Assembly: GCA_038874435.1 (NCBI GenBank)
Contig: JAVZCK010000001.1
Span: forward strand, 154,255 to 218,254
Reading direction: 5' to 3'
From: Thermoplasmata archaeon
Lineage (GTDB): Archaea; Thermoplasmatota; Thermoplasmata; Lutacidiplasmatales; SKW197
DNA length: 64,000 nt
Made by a program: the position numbers and the translations under genes. Numbering within the stretch: position 1 is the first letter of the stretch; each line of letters begins with the position of its first letter. This document shows, one piece after another, positions 52,196-62,755 of the stretch. The notes beneath the pieces are model-generated. The model did not search any database and had not been told where the DNA came from. It saw only the letters and a program-made list of their open reading frames with translations.

Positions 52196-52830
52196 ATTTT
52201 CATGATTTCAATTGAGGTGCTTCTGCTGCCGATGAGGGCTCCTCGGGAATTCGCTAATATACAGGCCCCAATGTAAGGTGTTCCTAGATTAGCTGTAGCT
52301 TCAAATATCTGGAGGTTGAAAAACTCTTTAAGCTGTTTCTTTTCTGTCTCCTTAATTTTTGGGTGCACGATAAGGGCTTTCTCTGTTGGAACTCCACACA
52401 TACCGACTGTTTTTATTCCTGCGATTGTTCCACGCATTGTTTCTATACCAAGCACATCTTGGAGCTGCTTTTCTGCCTTTTTTCCAATCTCAGGATTCAA
52501 TAATGCCTTTTTATCTGTGAGTAAAATGTTGTTTCCGCAAGCATTCAGCTTATCGTTAATCACACAAATGTTTTTCCACTTTCTCAGGAGTGTAATTTCT
52601 TCTTGAGTTGCAATAGAAGGCAAAATTACTCCTGCCTTATTCATTGCACACATAGAACCAACAACAGCGCTTTCTCCTATCGTGGATACTATGACATTAA
52701 TTCCAAGGTTTTCTTCAATCAGGCATCGCGTGTCTGCATAAGTATCTGGTAAGATGCCAATGTCCTCTGAGACCCTTGCGTAAACACCGATGAATGGATT
52801 ACCCCCAAAATCTAAAATCTGAAACTTCAA
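52171..52830 (-). CDS. eif6: Translation initiation factor 6 (aIF6)
   Basis: GNPFIGVY, GNNIL, GTIAG, ATANLG and ANSRGALIG motifs; follows rpl31e. Confidence 0.92.
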   Translation of the reverse strand: MKFQILDFGGNPFIGVYARVSEDIGILPDTYADTRCLIEENLGINVIVSTIGESAVVGSMCAMNKAGVILPSIATQEEITLLRKWKNICVINDKLNACGNNILLTDKKALLNPEIGKKAEKQLQDVLGIETMRGTIAGIKTVGMCGVPTEKALIVHPKIKETEKKQLKEFFNLQIFEATANLGTPYIGACILANSRGALIGSRSTSIEIMKIQEALLVP

Positions 52831-53177
52831 CTAGATTCCTCTTTCTTTGTTTCTGGCTTTTTCTCTTCCTTCTTTTCTTCTACTTCACCCTCTTCCTCTG
52901 TTTCCAAGTCAACTTCCACAAGACAGTCCTCAAATCGTATAGCTTTGACCTTGATTTTTGAGGGAATGTGTCTTGCCCCTCTCGCCCAGATTGCTTCGTT
53001 CAGCTTTGGGTCAACCCATACTTTATCGATGTTCACTTTCATGTGCCTTGAGACATACTTTTTAATCGTGCCAATGGCATGCCTCGCTCTTGCATAATCT
53101 GGTGGCATGTGTTTACTAGCGCTCAAAGGCACGATGTAAATTCTCTCTAAGTACTCACATTTTTCCTCTTCAGCCAT
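52827..53177 (-). CDS. rpl31e: 50S ribosomal protein L31e
   Basis: ERIYIVPL, RHMK and LNEAIWARG motifs. Confidence 0.95.
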   Translation of the reverse strand: MAEEEKCEYLERIYIVPLSASKHMPPDYARARHAIGTIKKYVSRHMKVNIDKVWVDPKLNEAIWARGARHIPSKIKVKAIRFEDCLVEVDLETEEEGEVEEKKEEKKPETKKEESS

Positions 53178-53186
53178 AAAATCACC

Positions 53187-53342
53187 TCATAGATGAAGAT
53201 GGCCTCGTCTCCAGGTTCGCCTTTTTGGGTGTCTCAGAAATTTTCGAGCGGTTCGTTGCATCACCCAAGCAGGAACCCTTCTATTCTGCTTCGTTTTCGA
53301 TAGGAGGCGCAACTTTTTAGCAAGTGGTTTTGCGTGTGCCAT
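53187..53342 (-). CDS. rpl39e: 50S ribosomal protein L39e (51 aa; absent from the ORF track)
   Basis: Manual translation [51 protein letters not shown]; conserved position before rpl31e. Confidence 0.93.
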   Translation of the reverse strand: MAHAKPLAKKLRLLSKTKQNRRVPAWVMQRTARKFLRHPKRRTWRRGHLHL

Positions 53343-53347
53343 TTCTA

Positions 53348-53680
53348 TCACTTCCTTACTATTTTTGTTTCTCTTCTTTCAGATTGTACTTTTGAAAGTA
53401 ATTCCTTTAACACCTCATCCGTTATCTGGCTTCTTAATCTACCACTTTGGGCTAGCAATATTAGCTGATTTTCAACCATTTCTGCAAGTTCTGGTTTTGC
53501 AAGTCGTACCCTTGCGAGCCGTTCTCTCGCCTCAGGTGTGAGAATCTGCCGGAGAACAGATTGCTTTAACTCCTGAATCTGCCGTTCTTTTTCACGTCGT
53601 TCAGCTTCCTGTTGTGCAGCCATCTGGAGCTGCATCATTTTCCTGCGGCGCAACTCTTCCAGTTCCTCATCACCCTCCAT
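53348..53680 (-). CDS. PDCD5-like double-stranded DNA-binding protein
   Basis: [23 protein letters not shown] and VENQLI motifs. Confidence 0.93.
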   Translation of the reverse strand: MEGDEELEELRRRKMMQLQMAAQQEAERREKERQIQELKQSVLRQILTPEARERLARVRLAKPELAEMVENQLILLAQSGRLRSQITDEVLKELLSKVQSERRETKIVRK

Positions 53681-53692
53681 CTTTTCCTCACC

Positions 53693-54145
53693 CTACAGAT
53701 ATTTTTTGAGATTCTCGTTTTTTGCACTTAGTTCTACTAGGATTGTATGGCTAAGCCCATCAATGACTTTTCTACCATTAGGCGTCAGGACTCTACCGCG
53801 CTTTGTTCTCGCCACATATCCAGCATTTTCTAGCTGCTGCAAAATTTTTCTAAGAATGTTTCTGCTACCCTTCCGCGGATGGCCTGGTGCAGCACCCCGT
53901 CTCCTGAAACCCCCATATTCAGTGGCTAACTTTTCAACCCCGATGGGTCCTAAGATGTAAATCTTTCTCATAACTGACGCAACTCGTGTATACCACCAAT
54001 CGTCCTGAACAGGAGAGCGTTCCACATGCGTACCAGTTTTCACATACTTCGCCCATTCTGGGGGTGTGAAACTACCGTCTGCCTTAATCTTCTCAGTTAA
54101 TTTTTTTATAAGTTCCTCGGGAGGCACATCATATGCTGTAGTCAT
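53693..54145 (-). CDS. rps19e: 30S ribosomal protein S19e
   Basis: TAYDVP, PEWAKYVKTG, WWYTRVAS and LQQLE motifs. Confidence 0.96.
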   Translation of the reverse strand: MTTAYDVPPEELIKKLTEKIKADGSFTPPEWAKYVKTGTHVERSPVQDDWWYTRVASVMRKIYILGPIGVEKLATEYGGFRRRGAAPGHPRKGSRNILRKILQQLENAGYVARTKRGRVLTPNGRKVIDGLSHTILVELSAKNENLKKYL

Positions 54146-54207
54146 TATAATTCCTCCGTATCATATCTGATATACACCATCTATATAAAGATAGCAGATG
54201 TCTGTAT

Positions 54208-55209
54208 TCACTTTCCCTCTCTCAAAAACCTTGCTGCTTCTTCTGGTGGCATTGGATTTATATAGAAACCAGTCCCTCTTTCAAACCCTGCTGGATTTGT
54301 GAGTCTTGGTGTAATTTCTAGATGCCAATGATAGAATCTATAGTCTTTGCCATCGCATGGAGCAGTGTGAATGTAAAAGTTGTATGGGGGGTTATCCAGG
54401 AGTTTGTGGTATCTGCTTAAAGTTTCTTGGAGAATCATTGCGAAGTATCTTCGTTCAGTATCATCCATGTCTTCAAAGTAGGGGTCATGACGTTTTGGTA
54501 GAATCCAGAGTTCAAAAGGAAATCTGGGTGCATAAGGAGACAGGGTGATGAAATACTCATTTTCGAGCACGATTCGCACTTTCTCTTCTAGCTCGGTAGA
54601 GACGATCTCGTCGTAGATGCAGATGCCACCAGTAAAACTGTAGTAGTTGTAGGCATCCCTTAATTCTTCCATGATGTGTTTCGGAATCATGGGTGTTGCT
54701 ATCAGTTGGGAGTGAGGATGCGACAATGAGGCACCCGAACCCCGCCCATGATTTTTGAAAATCAGCATGTACTTAAACCTAGTATCTCTCTTCAAATCAA
54801 GATACCTATCTTTGTAGGCATTTACAATTTCTTCCACCTGCTTTAGAGGCATTGTTGCAATTGTTGCATCATGTTCTGGACTTTCAATGATGACCTCATG
54901 GGCTCCTACTCCGTTCATCTTGTTAAAAACCTGGACAATTCTGTGATTCACATCTCCCTCAATTCTAAGCGCGGGAAACTTGTTGGGCACCACCCTGAGC
55001 CACCATTGAGGAGTGTTAGGTGCAGTGTTTCCAGGTCTGTAAGCTAAAATTTCTGGTGGTGTCATATGCTCTCTACCTGGGCAGAAAGGACAGGTCTCTT
55101 TTGAGGTAGGTACTTCTGGTTCCTTTTTAAAATCAGAGGGACGTTGAGCTCGCTCAGTTGAAATCACAACCCAGCAGTCAGTAATATAATCTTTCCTCAG
55201 TTCGGGCAT
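54208..55209 (-). CDS. galT: Galactose-1-phosphate uridylyltransferase
   Basis: RAQRP, CPFCPG, NKFPAL, GASLSHPHSQ and AGFE motifs. Confidence 0.9.
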   Translation of the reverse strand: MPELRKDYITDCWVVISTERAQRPSDFKKEPEVPTSKETCPFCPGREHMTPPEILAYRPGNTAPNTPQWWLRVVPNKFPALRIEGDVNHRIVQVFNKMNGVGAHEVIIESPEHDATIATMPLKQVEEIVNAYKDRYLDLKRDTRFKYMLIFKNHGRGSGASLSHPHSQLIATPMIPKHIMEELRDAYNYYSFTGGICIYDEIVSTELEEKVRIVLENEYFITLSPYAPRFPFELWILPKRHDPYFEDMDDTERRYFAMILQETLSRYHKLLDNPPYNFYIHTAPCDGKDYRFYHWHLEITPRLTNPAGFERGTGFYINPMPPEEAARFLREGK

Positions 55210-55315
55210 TGTGTAATGCTAATTCAAATCTATTATATAAAGGCATTTGTTGAGGTGGTCTCACTTCTTCTAATTAGAAAATTGGTGAAGTATCACAAAT
55301 TTTTCCTTATAAAAA

Positions 55316-56338
55316 TCACGAAGATACCCGAATCACAAGCCCAAAAACTGAGGAAGTAGGGGAGTATGTATGTACTTCGTGGTATTCCACACTACTTTCC
55401 ATACCCTCCCCTCTCACATTTCTCTTTATCTCTTCCGCTTTTTTCTCTATTTCAGTTCTTTCGCATATTGTATAAAGAAAGATTTTCCCATTTTTTTTCA
55501 GTTTCTTTATGGCATCCAGTAAGAATTTTTCAGCACTGTGGGGTAGGTTCATAATGATGTAGTCAGCATCTGGCAGTTTCTGAATTTCAGCAACAGCGTC
55601 ACCGCAGGCCGGAAACACATTTTTTATATGATTACGTGCAATATTCTTAAGAAGCAAGGTGTATGCATCTGGGTTTTTGTCTATCGCATAAACACTTGCC
55701 TCTGGATGTTTCTTGGCAATTGTAATTGAAAAAGGACCAATGCCGGCAAACATATCGATTACGACGGATGGTGAAACAATTTCGGAGCATACAAACTGAC
55801 GTTCATTTGCCAATCTAGGAGAGAAGTAAACTTTTGCAAGGTCAACTTCAAAAACTAATCCATATTCTTTATGTAATGTGATAGTTTTTTTCTCACCTGC
55901 AACAAATCTAACCTTTCTAACTCTAAAATCCCCTTCTACACCCTCGTCTGCGAGCACTGTTTTAATTGATGGATGGGCTTTTATCAGAGCATTTCCGATC
56001 TCTTTCTCATATGGCTTGATAATTTCCACCAGTTTAATTATTGCAATATCTCCTACGATGTCAAAGCTTGAAGGGAGCTTTGCCTTAATTTCTGGGGGCA
56101 GTGAAAGAAGCTCAGAGTAATGTTTAGGTCTTTCGAAACTTCTCTCAAGCTCCATTTCAACAATATCTATATGTCTCTCTGCTAAAATGGTAAATCTATC
56201 TACTATCTCTTTTAAAGGAATATATACAAAATTCTCGTCTCTCTCGATTCTGTATTTGTTCTCAAATAACCCGATTTTTTTAATTTCTTGGAGAGCTTTG
56301 TCAGCATTTTGCCTTTCAACCTTTGCACATTTCACCAT
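55316..56338 (-). CDS. trm5: Trm5-family tRNA SAM-dependent methyltransferase
   Basis: DIVGDIAI, VYFSPRLANER, DMFAGIGPF, IDKNP and IMNLP motifs. Confidence 0.85.
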   Translation of the reverse strand: MVKCAKVERQNADKALQEIKKIGLFENKYRIERDENFVYIPLKEIVDRFTILAERHIDIVEMELERSFERPKHYSELLSLPPEIKAKLPSSFDIVGDIAIIKLVEIIKPYEKEIGNALIKAHPSIKTVLADEGVEGDFRVRKVRFVAGEKKTITLHKEYGLVFEVDLAKVYFSPRLANERQFVCSEIVSPSVVIDMFAGIGPFSITIAKKHPEASVYAIDKNPDAYTLLLKNIARNHIKNVFPACGDAVAEIQKLPDADYIIMNLPHSAEKFLLDAIKKLKKNGKIFLYTICERTEIEKKAEEIKRNVRGEGMESSVEYHEVHTYSPTSSVFGLVIRVSS

Positions 56339-56341
56339 TTT

Positions 56342-57220
56342 TTACACATCCACAACGATTTTCTCTTTTTTCAGATACGCCCTTGCCATTCTGGGTGTAT
56401 TGTATGCAAATCCAACGGTACCATCGCTCCTGAGAAGGATTATGCCAGCAAATGATCCTGTTTTCATCTCAAGGAATTTTATTACTTCTTTACAGGCGAT
56501 ATCTGGAGAAATGCCATTTTCAACAGTTTCGCACGCTCTAAATGTGATAAGACATCGTAATATTGCTTCACCATAACCAGTTGCTGAAGCACCTGCAATG
56601 GAATTTGCGAAGGCACCAGCGCCGGGGATCGGCGAATCACCGACTCTACCTGGTAGTTTGTGAGGAGTTCCTCCTGTGGAAGTTCCTGCAACTATCGTAC
56701 CATCTTTGTCAAGAGCTACAGCACCCACAGTACCATGATGAAAGAATGCACTTGGGTGAAGATTTTTCGTTTTCAAATCTTCAAATCTCTTTCTCTCCCG
56801 CTCTACCACAAAGTAAGAGTTATCCACAATCTCAAGTCCGTGTTTCCTAGCGTACTCATCTGCTCCATTTCCAGCAAGGATTGACACCTCATTTTCTCGC
56901 ATCAGTATTCTAGCGAGCTTTATCGGATTCTTTACTGTCTTTACGCCCATACAGGATCCGAAGCACATTCTATTGCCATCATACATTATGGCGTCGAGTT
57001 CAACCTCACCAGTTTTGTTGAGAAACGAACCTTTTCCTGCATCGAACACAGGATCATCTTCCAACCAGGCAATTGCAGCTTCTACTGCCTCTTCAGAAGT
57101 GCCACCATTCTTTAACAAGTCAAGTCCTATTTCCAGTGCTTTTTTTACGCCTTTGATGTGTGGTTCTACAAGCTCATCAGGGATATCCCATGCACCACCG
57201 TGTACAATCATGCTGTACAT
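56342..57220 (-). CDS. Isoaspartyl peptidase/L-asparaginase (Ntn hydrolase)
   Basis: HGGAW, ELDA, GTVGAVA, TSTGG, GRVGDSP and ATGYGE motifs. Confidence 0.92.
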   Translation of the reverse strand: MYSMIVHGGAWDIPDELVEPHIKGVKKALEIGLDLLKNGGTSEEAVEAAIAWLEDDPVFDAGKGSFLNKTGEVELDAIMYDGNRMCFGSCMGVKTVKNPIKLARILMRENEVSILAGNGADEYARKHGLEIVDNSYFVVERERKRFEDLKTKNLHPSAFFHHGTVGAVALDKDGTIVAGTSTGGTPHKLPGRVGDSPIPGAGAFANSIAGASATGYGEAILRCLITFRACETVENGISPDIACKEVIKFLEMKTGSFAGIILLRSDGTVGFAYNTPRMARAYLKKEKIVVDV

Positions 57221-57268
57221 TCTGCCACCAAACGGGGCAAAAAGAAGGGAGATAAAAAGATTTATTTT

Positions 57269-58213
57269 TCAGTCATCTCGTACTCCATCCTCCGTTACAG
57301 AAAACACTGCCTCTGCCTCTGGGAGATTTGGAGAATCAATCAATCGCGCGATTCGTTTGTTGCCCTTACTTTTTCGCAAGTAAATTCTAAAGGTAGATGT
57401 GTGGGCCACAATGTTGCCTCCGATTGGTTTAGTCGGGTCCCCAAAGAATACGTCAGGTCTAGCTGAAACCTGGTTTGTGACAAGAATCACTGCGTTGTGG
57501 ATGTCACCAAATCTCAGTAGTTCATGCATGTGCTTGTTCAATTGCTGTTGTCGTTCAGCAAGTGCACCCCTGCCAATGTATTCTGCCCTGAAGTGAGCGG
57601 TAAGAGAATCCACAATGAGAAGACGGACGTTGTGTTCCTTTGCAATTTCATTCACTTTCTCCATCAACAGCATCTGATGATTGGAGTTGTATGCTCTTGC
57701 CACATGAATTTTTTTCAGGGCTTGAGTTGGATCCAGGTCAAGTGCACTTGCCATCTGGATAATCCGTTCAGGCCGGAATGTGTTTTCTGTATCGATAATT
57801 ATCGCCTCACCGTTTAGCCCTCCCACATCTTCAGAAAGCTGGACATTCACGGCACACTGATGTGCAATTTGGGTTTTACCAGAGCCAAACTCACCAAATA
57901 GTTCTGTTATTGCCTGGGTTTCAAAACCCCCACCCATTATCGCATCTAGTTGTTTGGATCCTGTGGTGAGATGTCCTACCTTTTTTCTCTTCTCGAGAAT
58001 CACATCTCCCGTCTCAAATCCACCAATCTCGGCCATCTTCCTAGCCGCCACAATTATCTTCTGGGCTTGTGCCTGCCCAAGTTCGCAGAGTTCTGCAAGG
58101 GTCTGAGGAGAGGAAACAGCGATGGACATTATGTCTGTAAATCCTGCCTCCCTCAATTTCTCAGCTGTAGCTTCGCCGACTCCAGGTATTTTTTCGATTT
58201 CGTCTTCTGCCAT
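57269..58213 (-). CDS. radA: DNA repair and recombination protein RadA
   Basis: Hh[46 protein letters not shown]; no intein seen. Confidence 0.97.
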   Translation of the reverse strand: MAEDEIEKIPGVGEATAEKLREAGFTDIMSIAVSSPQTLAELCELGQAQAQKIIVAARKMAEIGGFETGDVILEKRKKVGHLTTGSKQLDAIMGGGFETQAITELFGEFGSGKTQIAHQCAVNVQLSEDVGGLNGEAIIIDTENTFRPERIIQMASALDLDPTQALKKIHVARAYNSNHQMLLMEKVNEIAKEHNVRLLIVDSLTAHFRAEYIGRGALAERQQQLNKHMHELLRFGDIHNAVILVTNQVSARPDVFFGDPTKPIGGNIVAHTSTFRIYLRKSKGNKRIARLIDSPNLPEAEAVFSVTEDGVRDD

Positions 58214-58327
58214 TTTTTCACCGTGATTAAGGATGCAATGCGAGAATATAAACCTTTACAGGAGGGGTGAGTGAAAGTGCTACTTACTAAAATGAGAGCC
58301 AGTTCATAAATGAGCAGCTGAAAATGG

Positions 58328-61018
58328 TTATCTTTCCTTTAAGAATTTTTTGCTGGCCTCTATTGCACTCTTCAAATCCTTAGTGCGCAGGGCATCTAGC
58401 AAGTTTCTTGTGAGCGCCACTTTCTGATATCTCAAATTCTGTGGATGATAGTATCTTCCTCCTGTAAGAAGTGCAATTTCTCTTGCTAGATTTGAACCAC
58501 GTTCGGATATGTCCACGACAAGCACTTTGTAGCCAGAGTTCCATATCAACCTGCAGATTGAAAGAAGCTCTCTGCGAATGTTGCCGCCTGGTGTTATAGG
58601 CACATTTGCATTGCCAGTTGTGAGGAGAATGAGTATAGGCACGACGCCTACTCGGTCCCCTACCTTTGCATGGAGCACATTTAAGCCCGTCATCAATCCA
58701 GAGCCCAGTGGGGTAAGTCCCCCGAACTCAACATTTTTCATGTAACTGCCCACATATTCCACATCGGTGGTAAAGTTACACTGAACAGTTGCATGGTTAC
58801 CTGAGTAGGTCACAAGGGCGACCTGATCTCTCCTCTCATACGCATCCTTAAGCATGGAAATTACAAGGGAGGAAACGATTTTACCACGGATTTCTGGCTC
58901 TTCGTAACCACTAGTATCCACCACAAAGCAGAGATACACCGGTGTCCTAGTCTTCCTAATCTTTTCCTGGAAATCTTCTTTTTTGATTTCCACCACAAAT
59001 TTTGAGTTTCCTCTGCGCCCCTTTGCAGCAGCCACTCTAATTGTTGGCAGCAATGCAATATCTTGTGGATTTTCTCCTGCTTGTTTGTAGCCCACAACTC
59101 TCCCTCTACCTGCTGTCGCAGTGATTTCGGCAGCTTTGCTTCCTCTTCTCAACCTTGCACCCAATCTTGCACCTGTTCTGCTGAGTTCATCAAGGAGTTT
59201 CCTTATCACTGGATCTCGCTCACCAATTCTCAAACTTTTGATTTCCTCGGCGGCCCTGTGGATTGGTGACGCCCTTCGCATTGTAATTGCATCCATGAAT
59301 CTGTGAATGTCGGTCTCCACGTAATTGTTATCACATATAATATATACGGAAAGGATTTTTTCTTTCAGTTTTTCAAGATTTTCGCGCCTTAATCTTCCGG
59401 CTATAGTGATCACATCTTCGTCTCTCAGATCTTCCACTGTTTCTCTTGGAATCCGGAGACAAAGCAGATACTCGTTCTCTACGATTCTGTAGTTGTAGGT
59501 GCGACCCAACTGCCGCCTGTATTTGTCAATCGGGTCTTCTTCCTCAAGCCCTAGCTCCTCTTCCAGCGTTCTTGTAGGTTTTTTCTTCTTCCTTGCTCCA
59601 ATCTCGATTCTTCTTCCTTCAATTGTAAGGAGATATTCTGTATAATCTGGCTCCTCCCATTTCACATGGATAGCTTTTATTTTAGTGCCATCTGCAGTAT
59701 TGTAAATATCCAGAACGGCATCAGCGAGATTTGCAATCTTTGCATCAAATGACTTGGGGGCATTACGATTGTTAAGAACTACAAAAAGCACATCCCTTTC
59801 ATATGCTAGATTTTTTAAATTTTCCAGAAATTTTGTAAATTCTTCGCTTTCTGGATTAACTGTGTTACTTGAGAGTTCAATTAAAAACACCTTTAATGGG
59901 GAATACTGGAGGTTTTCAACTGCCTTTTTTATTCCCATCTCCAAGGATAGCAGGGTGCTTGAGACGGTTATGAGCCGTCCATCCTGGCTTATTGTTTCTA
60001 CTGTTTTATGCCTTCCCGTATACCAGTCTACGATGACACTCTTCTTTATATGTTCGGCCTCAAACTGCAGAGAAGAGAGGTCCATATACTCCTCAACAGA
60101 AATTGTAGAAACCACAACACCCATTGCACCAAATCTTGTCAGAAAGCTCGAGGCGATGGCGTTTCCTAAGGCCACACCTTCTCCGATTTTGTCAACCTTA
60201 ATTGAAATTATTCCTTGTCTTGGCACGGACCCAGTTTCGATGATGCGTTCAATGCCTGTAACATCAATTTTGACCTTGCTTGCAAGGCAACCCCTGAACA
60301 ATTTTTCCTTTGCCTTGATGTGCTCAGCGGTTTTTTCGTATTGATGCAGAATTCGCTGGGTTACATCAAAAAATTTCTTTAAACCAACATTGCCTTCTTT
60401 CTCCTCATAATAATTCAGAATTTCATTGAGGATAATGTTGAAAGTTTTCCAGTAATCCCCTGTAAGTTTTTTTTCGAATCTAATTTTTCCAACTTCAACC
60501 AGAATACCCGAAATATTTTCATCCACAATCTGCAGATCTTTTATTTTTCCATACAGTGGCTCATCAGGAGGAATGGGTAGTAGCAGTTCTGAGCAAAGCA
60601 ATTCAAAGAGGTGCATCGCGAAAAAATCCTCCCCAGCGGCCTCCAACACCTCTCGTGCCTCTTTTTCTTCATATGGTTTGATGATGGATGTAACATCATT
60701 TGCTAGCATACTAAGGACTATCTCAGTTTTTTCGCTGTAAGTTAGAATGTAGTTTTTCATTCGTTTTGCGATTTCCTGCTCTGTCTCAGATATAAGAACA
60801 TAAGTTTTTCTTAGAAACTCAAAAATAACATCAATTTCACCAGTACCTGCGATGGTTACAGTGTAAGAGGGTGTGACCTGGATTACCTTGAACCTGGGGA
60901 ATTTGATTGAAAAGTTTTTCATTAGAGATGTAATTTCTATATAGGAGTAACTTGTCCTCAACATTTTGAGAATTTCATTTGCCATTTGCAGTAATACCTT
61001 GTTTTTGTCTCCAAGCAC
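58328..61018 (-). CDS. Multidomain protein: unknown N-terminus + degenerate KaiC-like domain + ChlD-like vWA domain
   Basis: TGIERIIETGSVP, IVDWY, LADAVLDI; then DIALLPTIR, FVVDTSG, DAYERRDQVAL, GLTPL and TTGNANVP. Confidence 0.75.
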   Translation of the reverse strand: MLGDKNKVLLQMANEILKMLRTSYSYIEITSLMKNFSIKFPRFKVIQVTPSYTVTIAGTGEIDVIFEFLRKTYVLISETEQEIAKRMKNYILTYSEKTEIVLSMLANDVTSIIKPYEEKEAREVLEAAGEDFFAMHLFELLCSELLLPIPPDEPLYGKIKDLQIVDENISGILVEVGKIRFEKKLTGDYWKTFNIILNEILNYYEEKEGNVGLKKFFDVTQRILHQYEKTAEHIKAKEKLFRGCLASKVKIDVTGIERIIETGSVPRQGIISIKVDKIGEGVALGNAIASSFLTRFGAMGVVVSTISVEEYMDLSSLQFEAEHIKKSVIVDWYTGRHKTVETISQDGRLITVSSTLLSLEMGIKKAVENLQYSPLKVFLIELSSNTVNPESEEFTKFLENLKNLAYERDVLFVVLNNRNAPKSFDAKIANLADAVLDIYNTADGTKIKAIHVKWEEPDYTEYLLTIEGRRIEIGARKKKKPTRTLEEELGLEEEDPIDKYRRQLGRTYNYRIVENEYLLCLRIPRETVEDLRDEDVITIAGRLRRENLEKLKEKILSVYIICDNNYVETDIHRFMDAITMRRASPIHRAAEEIKSLRIGERDPVIRKLLDELSRTGARLGARLRRGSKAAEITATAGRGRVVGYKQAGENPQDIALLPTIRVAAAKGRRGNSKFVVEIKKEDFQEKIRKTRTPVYLCFVVDTSGYEEPEIRGKIVSSLVISMLKDAYERRDQVALVTYSGNHATVQCNFTTDVEYVGSYMKNVEFGGLTPLGSGLMTGLNVLHAKVGDRVGVVPILILLTTGNANVPITPGGNIRRELLSICRLIWNSGYKVLVVDISERGSNLAREIALLTGGRYYHPQNLRYQKVALTRNLLDALRTKDLKSAIEASKKFLKER

Positions 61019-61138
61019 AATCAGGTTATGGGCTTTTTGGTATTTATTTTTATCTCACTTTTTAATTCTCGGTTTTTCTGTTGTGGGATTAGGAAACAAG
61101 GTGATGCTTTTAAATAATCGGTTTGTTTTTTCTTTTTC

Positions 61139-61972
61139 ATGAATGTTGCGGATGTGAAGGTGTGTGTGCTTAGAATTGAAGGCACGAATTGTGAGCTGGA
61201 GATGGCAGAATGCTTCAAACGTCTCGGTGCCCAGGCGGAGATAGTCCATCTGAAGCAGTTGACTGGGGATTGCTCTCCTGAGAAAAAGAGAGCATTAAGC
61301 GAGTATCAAATTCTTATGTTGCCTGGTGGATTTTCTTCTGGGGATTATGTTAGGGCTGGGGCAATTTTCGCTGCTAGAATGAAAAATGCATTGATGAAGG
61401 ATTTAGTGGATTTTGTAGAAAAAGGATATGCAGTAGGGGGCATATGCAATGGTTTTCAGGTTCTTGTTGAATTAGGTCTTCTGCCAGGGATAGACAAAAT
61501 CTATTCTGAGGTTCCAGAAATCGCATTAGGAATCAACGATTCTGCAAGATTTGAGTGTAGGCCCACCTATGTAAAATGCGAAAATGCGGGCAAGTGCGTT
61601 TTTACAAAGAACATAAGGAAAGGTAGAAATCTTCTAATCCCATCTGCGCACGCGGAAGGCAAGTTGATACTGCCAGAGGGTAAAGGTGAGGAAATGCTTC
61701 AACAGATGATAGAGAAGGATCAGATTGTATTTAGGTATGTAGATTATATGGGAAACTACACGGGCTATCCCTGGAACCCAAATGGCTCAATCTATAACAT
61801 TGCAGGACTGTGTAACAGTATAGGCAATGTGTTTGGCATGATGCCACATCCAGAACGGGTATTTTATAGAATTCAGCATCCGGACTGGACCCAAAACGAC
61901 ATTGGAGAAAATGTTGGGGATGGAAGAGCCGTGTTTGAGAGTGTTCTAAGCTATATCACCAAGAAATTTTAG
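61139..61972 (+). CDS. purQ: Phosphoribosylformylglycinamidine synthase subunit PurQ
   Basis: GTNCE, PGGFSSGD, GICNGFQ, AHAEG, NPNGS and MMPHPER motifs. Confidence 0.96.
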   Translation: MNVADVKVCVLRIEGTNCELEMAECFKRLGAQAEIVHLKQLTGDCSPEKKRALSEYQILMLPGGFSSGDYVRAGAIFAARMKNALMKDLVDFVEKGYAVGGICNGFQVLVELGLLPGIDKIYSEVPEIALGINDSARFECRPTYVKCENAGKCVFTKNIRKGRNLLIPSAHAEGKLILPEGKGEEMLQQMIEKDQIVFRYVDYMGNYTGYPWNPNGSIYNIAGLCNSIGNVFGMMPHPERVFYRIQHPDWTQNDIGENVGDGRAVFESVLSYITKKF

Positions 61973-62752
61973 TTTTCTCCTTGGCAACACTGCTGCTTTT
62001 CTGAGCAGTGTGTAAAATCCATTTTCATCGAATATCCACACGCCTTTTGTACGCTCGAAGTCCTTTACCAATCCAAACCAGTAAACTGCAACCCCAGAAC
62101 CGAAAAGTTTCACATATTCGCAGAACTGTTTTTTTGTATTATGTCTGACTTCAACAACATCCCCGAAGTTTGCCTTTGATTCTATCCAGTTAATCTGGAA
62201 GTTGCCAACACGTAGGGGCGTGAGCAACAGGGCATCAGGAGTCTTCCGCACTTTTCCCACAAGGTCCTTTTCAGTTCTGTAATCTATGTTTCGTTCGTCC
62301 AGTGCCATGTAAAGTTTCTCCTCGCCAACCTTTCCTCTTTTCTTTTGAATTTCCATGCCATTTGGTGAATACACAATGTCAGCTTCAGCTGCCTCTTCAA
62401 TCTCTTTCTTTATCCTAGGGTCTTCTATTTTTGCAGCATCCCTCACCCAACCCCAGAATTGTCGCCTTGTGGTCCCGTTTGCAGTGAAAAGCATAAAACC
62501 AAGGAGCAAGGGTGGAAAATCTCCGTATTTTCTTCCAAGTTCGCATAAACTTCTACCCGCATCCCATTCTTTCTTGATTACTGGCAGTTGCTTCTTGATG
62601 ATGTAGTATCTGTGTTTTACATCTCTAGAAACCTTCTGGGTGTATATCACCAGCACAAGTTCTTCGTTCAATCCCAATCTTCTTGCAACAGTAGGAATCT
62701 CTTCAAAACTTCCTATCTGTCTTGCTATGTTTATATAATCTTTCTGATACAT
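61946..62752 (-). CDS. TPD-domain (C15orf41/CDIN1-like) PD-(D/E)xK nuclease-fold protein
   Basis: RTEKDL..KTPDALL, INWIESKANFGD and FGSGVAVYWFG motifs. Confidence 0.75.
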   Translation of the reverse strand: MYQKDYINIARQIGSFEEIPTVARRLGLNEELVLVIYTQKVSRDVKHRYYIIKKQLPVIKKEWDAGRSLCELGRKYGDFPPLLLGFMLFTANGTTRRQFWGWVRDAAKIEDPRIKKEIEEAAEADIVYSPNGMEIQKKRGKVGEEKLYMALDERNIDYRTEKDLVGKVRKTPDALLLTPLRVGNFQINWIESKANFGDVVEVRHNTKKQFCEYVKLFGSGVAVYWFGLVKDFERTKGVWIFDENGFYTLLRKAAVLPRRKLKFLGDIA

Positions 62753-62755
62753 TTC

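Noticed and set aside
58328..59100. Magnesium/cobalt chelatase subunit D
   Set aside because: The MIDAS is degenerate, there is no AAA domain and no tetrapyrrole genes are nearby; retained only as a ChlD-like vWA domain.
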